A stretch of 37,267 nucleotides of DNA from Candidatus Micrarchaeota archaeon (GCA_021809925.1 JAJZJV010000004.1:1-37267), one strand, 5' to 3'; numbered from the stretch's first letter, positions 24,811-34,295 are shown. Program-made: numbers and translations. Notes: generated from the sequence alone by a model not told the origin.

Positions 24811-25155
24811 ATGGCTGCTAATCCAAAACAAAAGAAGGGCATTGCACTTCATCCTGATTTTAAGATAGAGAATATAGTAGCCAGTGCTGACCTTGGAGTT
24901 GATCTTGACCTTTATGGAATAGCTAAGGTTTCAACAGATGTTGATTATGAGCCTGAGCAATTCCCTGGAGCGATATGCAAGATCCATGAGCCTAAGACAG
25001 CTTTGCTGCTCTTTAAGAATGGCAAGATAATTTGCACAGGGGCAAAGACAGAAGAGGATATAAGAAGGGCAATAGATCAGGTAATAAAGATAGTGAAGAA
25101 CTTTATCCTGATGCAAAATCAGCCGAAGCCAAAAAAAGCAAGCAGATCGAAGTAA
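24811..25155 (+). CDS. tbp: TATA-binding protein with only one TBP repeat
   Basis: KIENIVASADL, DYEPEQFPG, PKTALLLFKNGKIICTGAK..EDI..A. 114 aa, whereas canonical TBP is about 180 aa with two repeats. Confidence 0.93.
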   Translation: MAANPKQKKGIALHPDFKIENIVASADLGVDLDLYGIAKVSTDVDYEPEQFPGAICKIHEPKTALLLFKNGKIICTGAKTEEDIRRAIDQVIKIVKNFILMQNQPKPKKASRSK

Positions 25156-25181
25156 TATGCACTGTGTCGTGTAAAGCATTA

Positions 25182-25409
25182 TCATAATTCTTTATTCGGT
25201 AGCCACTTCCATAATGGAACAAGTGCTATTTTCTTCCCTTCTGTTACAATACTACCATCATAATCCCACATGACTATGAGGAGATTCTTGCATCTCAGTT
25301 CTTTAGAAGCCATTACTAGCGATGTTATTTCCCTGTCTTCAATTGCTTCGCGGCTTGTTGCGTAAGTAGCTTGGATTAGCTTAGTGATTTCTCTACCTTC
25401 CTTAATAAC
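25182..25409 (-). pseudogene. C-terminal fragment of an AAA_14/DUF4143 ATPase paralog
   Basis: VIKEGREITKLIQATY...REITSLV.ASKEL....IVMWDYDG...LVPLWKWL aligns with the C-terminus of 26079..27377. No start codon or ATPase domain upstream. Confidence 0.85.
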
Positions 25410-25461
25410 CTAACCTCGCCAAATGTGATTCCTACCTCTAATCCTAATGCGTGATGCAGTT

Positions 25462-25502
25462 CGCCAAAACGATTTTACCAGCGCAGATTCAGGTCTTTTG
25501 TA
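25462..25502 (-). repeat. 41-bp perfect inverted repeat, left copy
   Basis: Reverse complement TACAAAAGACCTGAATCTGCGCTGGTAAAATCGTTTTGGCG is identical to 30379-30419. Confidence 0.92.
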
Positions 25503-25831
25503 CCGTATTTATCCAGAAAATCACCGAATATTCTCAGTATTTGAGGAGAAATGTTGCTGACAGGGGTGAATTTGAAGGCATTATCCGACTTTACAATGGT
25601 CACTGTCAAATTTATCAGGGATTTTTTGAGTAGCTTTACATTCTTGTCGATGGAAATCTTCGCAGAAAACAGTGTCTAGACTATCACAGATGTGTTGTGC
25701 CACAAGACGGTAATTGACAAGGTCTGAATAATCCACAATAAAAGCAATACGCCAGATTAATTAAAACTTTTTAAAGTATCCGTGTACCTCAAAACGACAT
25801 CTATTATATCACATCACAAGGGAAATATTAG

Positions 25832-25881
25832 TGGACTCGGCGGGATCGCGCCAGCGACCTCCAGCTTGCAAAGCGGACGCT
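25832..25881 (-). pseudogene. Degenerate 3' two-thirds of tRNA-Ala(TGC) (att-like scar)
   Basis: AGCGTCCGCTTTGCAAGCTGGAGGTCGCTGGCGCGATCCCGCCGAGTCCA: anticodon loop TTTGCAA and Ala-type 3' end CGAGTCCA. T loop is decayed and the 5' acceptor strand is missing. Confidence 0.7.
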
Positions 25882-26032
25882 TCAAGCTTTTGCCGTCGTT
25901 TTCTCTAGCCATTCAAGCCACCGTAGATTTTATTTTTGTTTAATGCGAACATCTGTGTTCCGCACACAGATTATAGCGCGTTTAGAAATATAAACAGATA
26001 CGGTGCAAATCTAGCCGTAACCGCACCCAGTG

Positions 26033-26063
26033 TTTTTGATGAAGCTTTTCGTAAAAAGGTTTC
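26033..26063. repeat. Short palindromic dispersed repeat, copy 2
   Basis: TTTTTGATGAAGCTTTTCGTAAAAAGGTTTC, similar to 12680-12707. Confidence 0.55.
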
Positions 26064-26078
26064 ACATATTCCCCCTTC

Positions 26079-27377
26079 TTATGTCAGGGCCCATTCCCAG
26101 AACGGCAGATACACTATCTTTATTCCATCTACATTTTCACTGCCATCGTAATCATAAGTAATTATGATTCCTTCCTTAAGTTTAAGCGCCTTTGCAGCTT
26201 CAACTAACGCTGAAGTTTCCCTGCCTTTTACATCAATGCTAGAAAGTTCATAACATACTTGTATTAGTTTAGTAGGTTTCCGACCAACAATGAAATCAAT
26301 CTCCTTACCAGATTTCAGTTTTAGATAATAAATATTGTCTGATACTTTTTTTCTTCTGAGCAACTCGATAAACACCGCATTTTCAAGTGCCCTGCCCTTG
26401 TCTATATCTGTAAATAATTTTGATAATCCAACATCAACAATGTAACTCTTTACTTGCCTGGCAAAACGCTTTCTCGGGCTTTTTAAGTATTGTTCCAAGA
26501 TTTCAGCAAAGAATACGGATTTAGAGTATTCTAAAAAATTAAGAATTGTAACCCTGCTAATCTCAAAACCCATACTGTTGAAATAATTCTGGGTCTTTGT
26601 TGAGCTGAAATACGTTGAATAGTTACTAGCAAGTATCTTAAGGAAAATGTTTAATGCTCCAGTTTCCCTCAAGTTATACCTCTTTATTATGTCCCTAAAG
26701 AATATTGCGTCAAAGTACGATGATAAAAGATCCATTTTTCTTGTAGTATTATTTGAAAGTATAACTTCTGGAAAAGAGCCGTATTCAAGAAATTCGTCTA
26801 GTGCTTTTAGTACAGTACCTTTCTTTGAAGAAAATTTTATACTGCTCATTCCTGCGGTTATACCTCTCGATTTTAGCATCTCGCTAAAAGAGAATGGATA
26901 AACAGTATAGGAAAGATTTCTGCCTGCAAGCGCTGTTGCTATTTCGCTGCTAAGTAGCTCTGATGACGACCCCGTTATTATAATTCTGTACTTCTTAGTG
27001 TCGTATACCTTCCTTATCCATTTATCCCAATTCTCCACGTTTTGAATTTCGTCTAAGAACAGATATACGATTCCCCCTATGGGATTAAATATTTGCGAAT
27101 GTGCGATTAGAAGATTATCCATGTCTGTTGCTTTAGTAGCTATTAGGCGCTCATTCTCAAAATTAACATAAATAATATTGTCTTTTGTTACCTTCCTTTT
27201 CATTAGCTCTTTAATGTGCTGAAACATTAAGCTTGTTTTACCAGAACGCCTTACACCAGCAATGACAATTACTTTATCTGCGTCTAAATCTAGCATAATT
27301 TTCCTTTCTATGACTTCTGGGAGTTTCATCTCTTTCCAGAGAGTAAGCACATACTTAAAGTCATCAATTCTAGCCAT
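26079..27377 (-). CDS. AAA+ ATPase, AAA_14/DUF4143 (COG1373) family with wHTH and C-terminal nuclease-like fold
   Basis: GVRRSGKTS, YVNFENER, LFLDEIQNV..W, ITGSSS, L.GR, YPFSF.E, G.FPE, ENAVF.EL, EIDF...LIQV. Confidence 0.95.
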   Translation of the reverse strand: MARIDDFKYVLTLWKEMKLPEVIERKIMLDLDADKVIVIAGVRRSGKTSLMFQHIKELMKRKVTKDNIIYVNFENERLIATKATDMDNLLIAHSQIFNPIGGIVYLFLDEIQNVENWDKWIRKVYDTKKYRIIITGSSSELLSSEIATALAGRNLSYTVYPFSFSEMLKSRGITAGMSSIKFSSKKGTVLKALDEFLEYGSFPEVILSNNTTRKMDLLSSYFDAIFFRDIIKRYNLRETGALNIFLKILASNYSTYFSSTKTQNYFNSMGFEISRVTILNFLEYSKSVFFAEILEQYLKSPRKRFARQVKSYIVDVGLSKLFTDIDKGRALENAVFIELLRRKKVSDNIYYLKLKSGKEIDFIVGRKPTKLIQVCYELSSIDVKGRETSALVEAAKALKLKEGIIITYDYDGSENVDGIKIVYLPFWEWALT

Positions 27378-27442
27378 ACTTGTATAGTATGCTATACCTA
27401 TTTATATATTTTACGTTTAGTATACTGTACGTAAATAAAAGA

Positions 27443-27592
27443 GTTCCGAATGTAACTGCAGCTACTGTGGAGCGCTACGTCGATAAACATGAATATTCAA
27501 AGTACATATCTGGCGGCGGGGACATCAAAGCAAAATGGGGCGATTCATGTAACTGCCATCGAAGCATCGGGCCTTGGTCCGAGGTAGTTCAC
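27443..27592 (+). mobile_element. tnpA: IS200/IS605 relic: TnpA C-terminal helix plus right end
   Basis: VPNVTAATVERYVDKH resembles the TnpA catalytic-Tyr helix (G.V....I..YI). Right end GAAGCATCGGGCCTTGGTCCGAGGTAGTTCAC at 27561-27592. Confidence 0.75.
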
Positions 27593-27884
27593 CATCGACT
27601 TCTTGGAAGGAAAGAGAAATGGGGTTATCAAAGGCATATACCATACTTGCAGATATGCATAACAAACTCGAAATTACAAGACCTATGAAAACGAAGGTGT
27701 CTAAGTTCCATTCAAGGAAATTCTCTGTTATACGTAGTGATGCGTTTGCGAAAGAGATACTGAGTAGTATAAAGAACAGAGAAATAAAACAAGTGAGGCC
27801 GTATTTCTGGCGGATTTTGCTTCGAATTTTTGAAAATTCCGTCCGCACTAAAAATTCGTTATATTTATAAGCAAAACGGCTCAA
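27593..27884 (-). pseudogene. Possible membrane-protein fragment running into the IS right end
   Basis: Two hydrophobic stretches in the minus ORF. No recognisable family. Confidence 0.25.
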
Positions 27885-27958
27885 TTAGAAATACCCTTAG
27901 TGTGTTTCCAACATCTTGGAATGAATATATAGTATATAAATAAGACTTGGATAAGATA

Positions 27959-30406
27959 ATGAAAACTTCAAGACTCTCAGTACTACATGGAATCTGGTTC
28001 GAGGAGGAAACAGGAGGATTATTCTTTCTCTGAGTAGAAACATCATTATCAAAAAAACGGAAGGATCGTATCCATCCGCGTACACTCGCTTCTAAAGCTC
28101 TTGCCACTGCCGTTTCAAGTCTATATCCACTCATTTCAGACAGCATACTGCCCAAGAAGTTGGTGCTCAGACTTCCAAGTTCCAAAACAGAACCTCTTCC
28201 ATCACCGCAGCTTGAAGGCATTGTAGAATATGATGAAGAAGATGCAGAAGAATTTGCAGAATGGAAGGTTGAAGGTATTGTGCTCCCTGCGGACTGTGCA
28301 GCAGAAGTGCTTAAGGACAGTGCAAGGCTTGAAGACATGCTTAATGCAGTGCGCGGACGGGACTTGCTTCTTTTTGTCTACGCGAGAGACTTCGCGCTAA
28401 GACTTCTGGCAAACAAGAGATTTCTTCCTTCAGTTCAGGATAAGAACGGAAAGATTACATCCATATGGCTTCCGTTGATTGATAGAGAAGAGGAGAGGCT
28501 GGAACTGAGCGTAATTGAAGGGGCGATGCCACAAGCGTGCACCTCTGCACAGCCAGATAAGATCGGTTCCGAACTTCTTCGCGGCTTCATTAGGAATTTC
28601 ATTGATCTGATGTGCAGGAAACTTGCTGCAGATAGCAAAAAGGTAGATGCAAATGAAGGATATGAAGACTCAGTAAGATGGGCTCTCGCGCTTGGCGACA
28701 GAAACCCCGCCTTATCCTGCAATTCAGAGAGCCTTGTCTGCAAGGCAATATGGGAATGGAGCTCCAGAATACTCAAGTCGTCGGAAGGCGAGTTCAGACT
28801 CTGCTTCAGAATAGATGATGTTGGAGAAGTACTCCGGCTAAGCACTCTTGCACAGTCGAGAAAAGATCCGAGCCTTGTGGCCGATCTCTCAGACAGCAAG
28901 TTAATATCGGCAGGGAGATTCGGTGGTGAGACGGAGGGAATGATGCTACACATGGGCTTCGCTTCTAGGCTTTCTCCCCTCGTAGAACGAATTCTGCATA
29001 TGCAAAGGCCTGGAGGTTTGGTGCTTTCGCCCTCTGAAGCTTACGACTTCCTCGATCGTCATGCGCCTTTGCTTGCACAGAACGGATTTGGCGTTATGGT
29101 GCCTGACTGGTGGAAGGAGCGGAGGAAATTGTTGGGCATGAAGGTTATTGCAAGACCGGCTAATGTTCCAAAACCTTCAGGAGGAATGTTCGGCATTGAT
29201 GCGCTTCTTGATTATGATTTGGAGATCATGAGTGGAGGGCGAGAGCTCGAGAAAGAGGAGATCGAGAGGCTTCTATCGCTTGATGTGCCTCTTGCAAGGC
29301 TTGATGGCAGATGAATTGAGATAGACAAGGAGAAGATCAAATCCGCCCTAAGACTTATTCATAAAAAAGGTAAGCGCTCCTCATTCAGGGATGTGATGAA
29401 GCTTGGAAGCGATGGAGGCCTCCCCATTGTAGAGTATGAGGGAGAGGGCTGGGTTGGAAAGCTTTTTGGAGACACAGAGCGTTTTACCCCACTTAACCAG
29501 CCCAGGGCATTCGCTGGCACTTTGAGGGAGTATCAGAAGTTTGGTTTCTCATGGCTCTCCTATCTCGGAGAGACTGGCTTCGGATGCTGTCTGGCGGACG
29601 ATATGGGCTTGGGAAAGACTGCACAGACCATTGCAATGCTGCTCAAACGAAAAGAAGGTGGAAATTCTAAGGGTTCGTCGCTCGTCCTCTGCCCTACCTC
29701 GGTAGTAAGCAACTGGGTTCACGAATTTGAGAAGTTCGGTCCAGACCTTAAAATCATGGTCCATCATGGCTCAGAAAGACGGCATGGAAAGAGCTTTAGG
29801 AATGCGGCAGCAGAGTCGGACATTGTAATAAGCACATATGCAGTGCTTAATAGGGATATCTTGCACCTGCAGAAGGTTGCATGGGACGGCATCATACTCG
29901 ACGAAGCACAAAATATAAAGAACGAGTCTACAAAACAGAGCAGAAATTCCAAATCGTTACTCGCAAACTACAAGATTGCGCTTACTGGAACCCCCGTAGA
30001 GAATAGGCTCTCCGAACTTAAGTCAATACTCGACTTTCTGAATCCAGGCTATCTGGGCTCTACAGATAAATTCGTAAAAGAATATTCTATTCCGATAGAG
30101 AAATTTAACGATGCAGAGCGCATGGCAACATTGCATCGCATGGTGAGCCCATTCATACTGCGCAGGGTGAAGACAGATAAACATATAATATCTGACCTTC
30201 CCGAGAAAAATGAAATGAAAGTTTACTGCTCTATAACAAAAGAGCAAGCTGCGCTTTACGAAAATACTGTGGCTGACATGATGCGGAGAATAGAGGGAAC
30301 TTCGGGCATAGAAAGGAGGGGCATTGTTATAAACGCGATTCTGAAGCTGAAACAGATACTCAATCATCCAGCGCAGTTTACAAAAGACCTGAATCTGCGC
30401 TGGTAA
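27959..30406 (+). pseudogene. SNF2-family helicase (DUF3670-like N-terminus plus SNF2 ATPase domain), two in-frame TGA stops, C-terminal helicase domain missing
   Basis: One frame from ATG 27959 with TGA at 28031 and 29312. Motifs LREYQ..G.SWL, CLADDMGLGKT, ILDEAQNIKN, LTGTPVENRL.EL, PFILRR.K, LKQILNHP. Truncated at 30379. Confidence 0.92.
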
Positions 30407-30419
30407 AATCGTTTTGGCG
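30379..30419 (+). repeat. 41-bp perfect inverted repeat, right copy, at the SNF2 breakpoint
   Basis: Identical to the reverse complement of 25462-25502. Confidence 0.92.
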
Positions 30420-30420
30420 G

Positions 30421-30603
30421 AGTTAAGTAGATAAACTCTATGAGGAAGGAATTGGCGGAGCGCCGATAAAGCTCAACAGCCTTATTGCATGGTGGTAGCT
30501 GAATGGAAACGCTAACGATTATTCAGGAAATAATAATGATGGATCAGCTTCGAACCTTATCTGGTCGGGAAATTGGTGGCAGACTTACGCAAACAAACAA
30601 TGA
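30421..30603 (+). pseudogene. C-terminal remnant of a LamG/concanavalin-like surface protein
   Basis: S*VDKLYEEGIGGAPIKLNSLIAWW*LNGNANDYSGNNNDG matches the LY.EGIGG.P...LVGWWPLNGNANDYSGN LamG-boundary motif. Stops at 30424 and 30496. Confidence 0.8.
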
Positions 30604-30609
30604 CAGTCA

Positions 30610-31260
30610 TTATGCTTTTGACTGCCTGCGAATGCCCTTGAGGAGCTTTGTATATAGCAAATACAATATTATTCCAAATACTGCGAGTGATATTGTAAGC
30701 AAATATATGTTCTTTGTTGAGAGTGCATAATATCCGAACCACATCAGTATGGCATCCCAGATTATCGATCCTGCTGTAGAATATATGTAGAATTGTTTCT
30801 TGTCCATCTCTGCAAAGCCTGCAGGGAAGCTGATGAGGCCGCGCACGACAGGTATCAATCTTCCTATGAAGACTGCGAATGCTCCGTTTTTCTCAAACCA
30901 CTTTTCGAACGCTTCCAAGTCTTCCTTCTTGATATGAAACTTTTCAATGTGCTTGTATAGAAGATCCTTGCCTATGAAGAAAGCTATAAAATAATCCACA
31001 GTTATTCCGATTATCCCGCCGACCACAGCTGCTATAAAAGAGAGATAGCCGTTAAGGCAGAATGGCCCGCACACTGCTGCGTTGGAAAAATATCCAATTG
31101 CCGGAAGAATCACCTCGCTTGGAATTGGGAGGGAAGCAGACTCAAGGCCCATCAGGAAGAGTATCCCGAAGTAGCCGTAAGATGTTATTATCGAGTGGAA
31201 TTCATAGTATGTGCTTGAAACCGCACTTTGAGGCAATGTCGAAAGTATAAAAGGCAACAT
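30610..31260 (-). CDS. dedA: DedA-family membrane protein
   Basis: LESASLPIPSEVILP..G, WFEKNG..AVFIGRLIPVVR..ISFPAG..M. Confidence 0.95.
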   Translation of the reverse strand: MLPFILSTLPQSAVSSTYYEFHSIITSYGYFGILFLMGLESASLPIPSEVILPAIGYFSNAAVCGPFCLNGYLSFIAAVVGGIIGITVDYFIAFFIGKDLLYKHIEKFHIKKEDLEAFEKWFEKNGAFAVFIGRLIPVVRGLISFPAGFAEMDKKQFYIYSTAGSIIWDAILMWFGYYALSTKNIYLLTISLAVFGIILYLLYTKLLKGIRRQSKA

Positions 31261-31323
31261 GAGAGAATATTATATTGATATTTTAATAATACTATCTAAG
31301 ATAATACAATCAATAGTGTTTGA

Positions 31324-32361
31324 ATGAGGGTTCTTAAATTCAATGATATCAGCAATACGATCAAGCTGGAGCCTGATTCATTTGACGATTTATACCTGCT
31401 TGCAATGATAATTGCAAACGGAGACAAAGTTGATGGAAGAAGCTACAGAAGATTCAAGCCCAGTGAGGGAGATCTCGGAGAGCAGAAAGAGGTCTTTGTC
31501 AGGATCGATGTTGAGAAGGTAGAGATAGACAAGAACTCGGATAGGCTGCGGATAACAGGAAAAATTCTCTCTGGCAGGCCCGAGGAGTTTATCAGGATGG
31601 GAAGTTACCATACATTAAATCTTGCCCCAGGAGACATCATAGAGATAACGAAAAGGGAATGGAAGAATTATATCCTCAAAAGAATCAAGGAAGCTGTTGC
31701 AGAATCAAAAAAGCCGAAACTCGGAGTCATAGCCATGGATGACGAGAAGGCGACTCTTGCATACATTAAAGGATATGGGATAGAGATAGTTTCTGAGATA
31801 TACAGCCATCTGAGCAAGAAGATGGGCGAGAAGGATTTTGCAAAGCAGAAAGAGGCATTCTTCATTGAGATAATAAAATCCATTGAGAATATGAAAGTGG
31901 AGATAGTAGTTATTGCTGGACCGGGATTCACAAAGGATGACCTCAAGAAGCACATAGAGAACATGGGAGTGAAGGTAAGCAAAAGGATAATTTATGCCTC
32001 TGCAAGCGATGCTGAGAGATCGGGAATACGTGAGGTGATGCAGAGCAGGACCGTTGGGAAGTTGCTTGAGAGCGAGCATGTCAAGAAGGAATTTGAATAC
32101 CTGAACGTGTTCCTTGGTGGGCTCAGGTTTGGTGCATCGTTCTTTGGCATTGAGGGAGTAAGAGAGGCGCTTGGATCCCATAGAATAGGTGTTGTAATGA
32201 TTAATGACTCTTCACTTAACGATGAAAAAATGAAGGAGATATTAGACAGGGTGGATGAATCTGGAATAAAAATAGAGATATTTAACTCAGAAGATGATGC
32301 AGGGGCGCAGCTGCATGGGTTTAAGGATATTGCTGCGATAAGCATCTCTCTGCTGGAATGA
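31324..32361 (+). CDS. pelA: mRNA surveillance/ribosome rescue protein Pelota (Dom34)
   Basis: DDLY.L, GD.V, RLRITGKI, GSYHTLN, IAGPGFTK, G.QL.GF..IAA. Confidence 0.96.
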   Translation: MRVLKFNDISNTIKLEPDSFDDLYLLAMIIANGDKVDGRSYRRFKPSEGDLGEQKEVFVRIDVEKVEIDKNSDRLRITGKILSGRPEEFIRMGSYHTLNLAPGDIIEITKREWKNYILKRIKEAVAESKKPKLGVIAMDDEKATLAYIKGYGIEIVSEIYSHLSKKMGEKDFAKQKEAFFIEIIKSIENMKVEIVVIAGPGFTKDDLKKHIENMGVKVSKRIIYASASDAERSGIREVMQSRTVGKLLESEHVKKEFEYLNVFLGGLRFGASFFGIEGVREALGSHRIGVVMINDSSLNDEKMKEILDRVDESGIKIEIFNSEDDAGAQLHGFKDIAAISISLLE

Positions 32362-32362
32362 A

Positions 32363-33400
32363 TCACTTGAGCCCTGTTATCTGGATTGCCTGCACGCCAC
32401 CGCCGCATGCGCTCATCCATTCTACGCTGAACTTATAGAAGCCTTGCTGCAGTGTATTTGCATATGTGTATTTCTGTGGAGAACCGACGATGCTCCAAGC
32501 TGCGCCATTGAATATACTATTCCAGGTATTCGAGCCTTCTGCGCTGTAATACAGCTCTATCGCATCCTTGCTTGTTGCATTAAATACTATATTACCGGGT
32601 ACAGGAAGATAGAGCTCTGTTGATGCAAGAGTAAGCAAGGAGTTGTAAGGGGAGGTACATGCAATATTATTATTGTTCAGATCGGACAACGATGCTGGGA
32701 AGCCTGTTGTTGGATACCCATAATAGCTCTGCCCCTGATAGCTCTGTGTCCCGTATGAGTATGTCAGCTGGCTTACCGCATTAGATACTGCGAACTGGCC
32801 ATTCTGGATAACTGTAAAGTTTGATGGGATAATTGGTGCTGCATTGTAGGGTATGAATTGTACGCTGTCAGGGGCTTGAAGAGCTATCACAGCAAAGGCA
32901 GTCACCCTTGCGTTTTCCGATGAGGTGGCAAATGAACCAGAATAAACGCCAGGCTCGAAGGAGCACTCCTGCATGGAGAGCTCATTAAGCCCAGAGTTAC
33001 AGTATTTGGCGCTAATTGTATAGCTTCCCTGGACATAATAACCTATTGGCTCGGCCCTTGGAAGAAGGAAGAGGCAGACTGTTCCCTGCCCCGGGAAAAC
33101 TAAGGTAGGATTGCAATCACCGTTTGATAAAACCCCATTGACAGTTATTTTTGCGCCTGTGATGTTGATTGGAGTGCTCTCCGAATCCGAGAGCACAAGC
33201 TGTAGCGTTGAATATGCATATGTGCTGCTCGAGTACACAGATGCGAAATGGCAGTACAGGCCGCTGGCTCCTGCACACTGTTCTGGAAAGAAGTTCGTTG
33301 TTGATGTTGATATAATGAGAAATATGCTTATCGCGGCTGCGAGTATGAGGAAAAGAAAGCTGTACGTGGAAAGAAATTCTACGGCAGACTGCAACTTCAT
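32363..33400 (-). CDS. Class III signal peptide (type IV pilin-like) protein with a C-terminal PA14-like domain
   Basis: MKLQSAVEFLSTY followed by a hydrophobic helix (Q+1/E+5). Cys-rich pilin head. C-terminal F...SKDAIELY...L..G.Y...VEW...GGG. Confidence 0.8.
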   Translation of the reverse strand: MKLQSAVEFLSTYSFLFLILAAAISIFLIISTSTTNFFPEQCAGASGLYCHFASVYSSSTYAYSTLQLVLSDSESTPINITGAKITVNGVLSNGDCNPTLVFPGQGTVCLFLLPRAEPIGYYVQGSYTISAKYCNSGLNELSMQECSFEPGVYSGSFATSSENARVTAFAVIALQAPDSVQFIPYNAAPIIPSNFTVIQNGQFAVSNAVSQLTYSYGTQSYQGQSYYGYPTTGFPASLSDLNNNNIACTSPYNSLLTLASTELYLPVPGNIVFNATSKDAIELYYSAEGSNTWNSIFNGAAWSIVGSPQKYTYANTLQQGFYKFSVEWMSACGGGVQAIQITGLK

Positions 33401-33482
33401 AGTAACAACCGTGCAATTTTGCTAATGATACCTCAATCTCAAAGGTTATATATCGATTGGGTTCTTAACCTTAATCAAAAAT

Positions 33483-34295
33483 ATGATGGGGCTTTGCATG
33501 CAGGACTTGAAGATTTTGTACACGCCTATAAAGGCTCTCGGGCAATCCTTTCTCATAAATGAGAAGATAGTCAAGGCTGAGGCTGCCCACTCGGACGGGA
33601 AGATTGTCCTAGAGATTGGCCCTGGTTATGGAATACTCACAGGGGAGCTTTGCAAGAAGGCAAAGAAGGTCATCGCTGTTGAAAAGGATGAGAATCTATA
33701 CATGCTCCTTAAAGGAATGAAGTGCAAGAACCTCAACCTAATTAACAAGGATTTTTTCAAGTTAAGCCCTGATGAAATTGATATAGAGAGCATAGACATA
33801 ATGATAGCAAACATACCTTACGCACTTTCCAGCAAGATTATTGAGTGGCTTGGAGAGAACGGGCTCGAAGCTGTTCTATGCCTACAAAAGGAGTTTGTGG
33901 ATAGGATGATAGCAGATGCCGGAAGCAAGGAGTATTCAAGACTGAGCGTGATGACATCCCTCCTCTTTTCCGTGACCAAGATAATGGATGTGCCTAGAGG
34001 AAATTTCAGGCCTATGCCAAAAGTCGATTCTGCATTGATATACATGAAACCGAAAAAGGTGCAGATTAAGGAGTTAGAGAGGAAGCTTATAGGATTGATA
34101 ATGCAGCATAAGAAGAAGACGCTACGAAGCGCTGTCCTCGACTGCGGCAGACAGCTCGGTATAGAGAAGAAAGCTCTTGCAGAGGTTGCTGATAGGCTTG
34201 AACTCAAGGAAGCAAGAGTATTCAGGCTAAGCCCTGAAGAGATACTTGGAATTGCAGAAGAGCTCGGCAGATCCTTGAAGATCAAGGCTCATTGA
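33483..34295 (+). CDS. rsmA: 16S rRNA m6,2A dimethyltransferase RsmA/KsgA (start 33483 or 33498)
   Basis: LGQSFL, VLEIGPG.G.LT, AVEKD, ANIPY.LSS, QKEF..R, YSRLSV, F.P.PKVDSA. Confidence 0.96.
   Translation: MMGLCMQDLKILYTPIKALGQSFLINEKIVKAEAAHSDGKIVLEIGPGYGILTGELCKKAKKVIAVEKDENLYMLLKGMKCKNLNLINKDFFKLSPDEIDIESIDIMIANIPYALSSKIIEWLGENGLEAVLCLQKEFVDRMIADAGSKEYSRLSVMTSLLFSVTKIMDVPRGNFRPMPKVDSALIYMKPKKVQIKELERKLIGLIMQHKKKTLRSAVLDCGRQLGIEKKALAEVADRLELKEARVFRLSPEEILGIAEELGRSLKIKAH

Noticed and set aside
25503-25830. Short ORF 25451..25633 and surrounding sequence
   Set aside because: No family motifs and multiple stops in all frames.
30503-30730. 75-aa plus-strand ORF
   Set aside because: It is an off-frame reading of the LamG remnant and overlaps dedA antisense.
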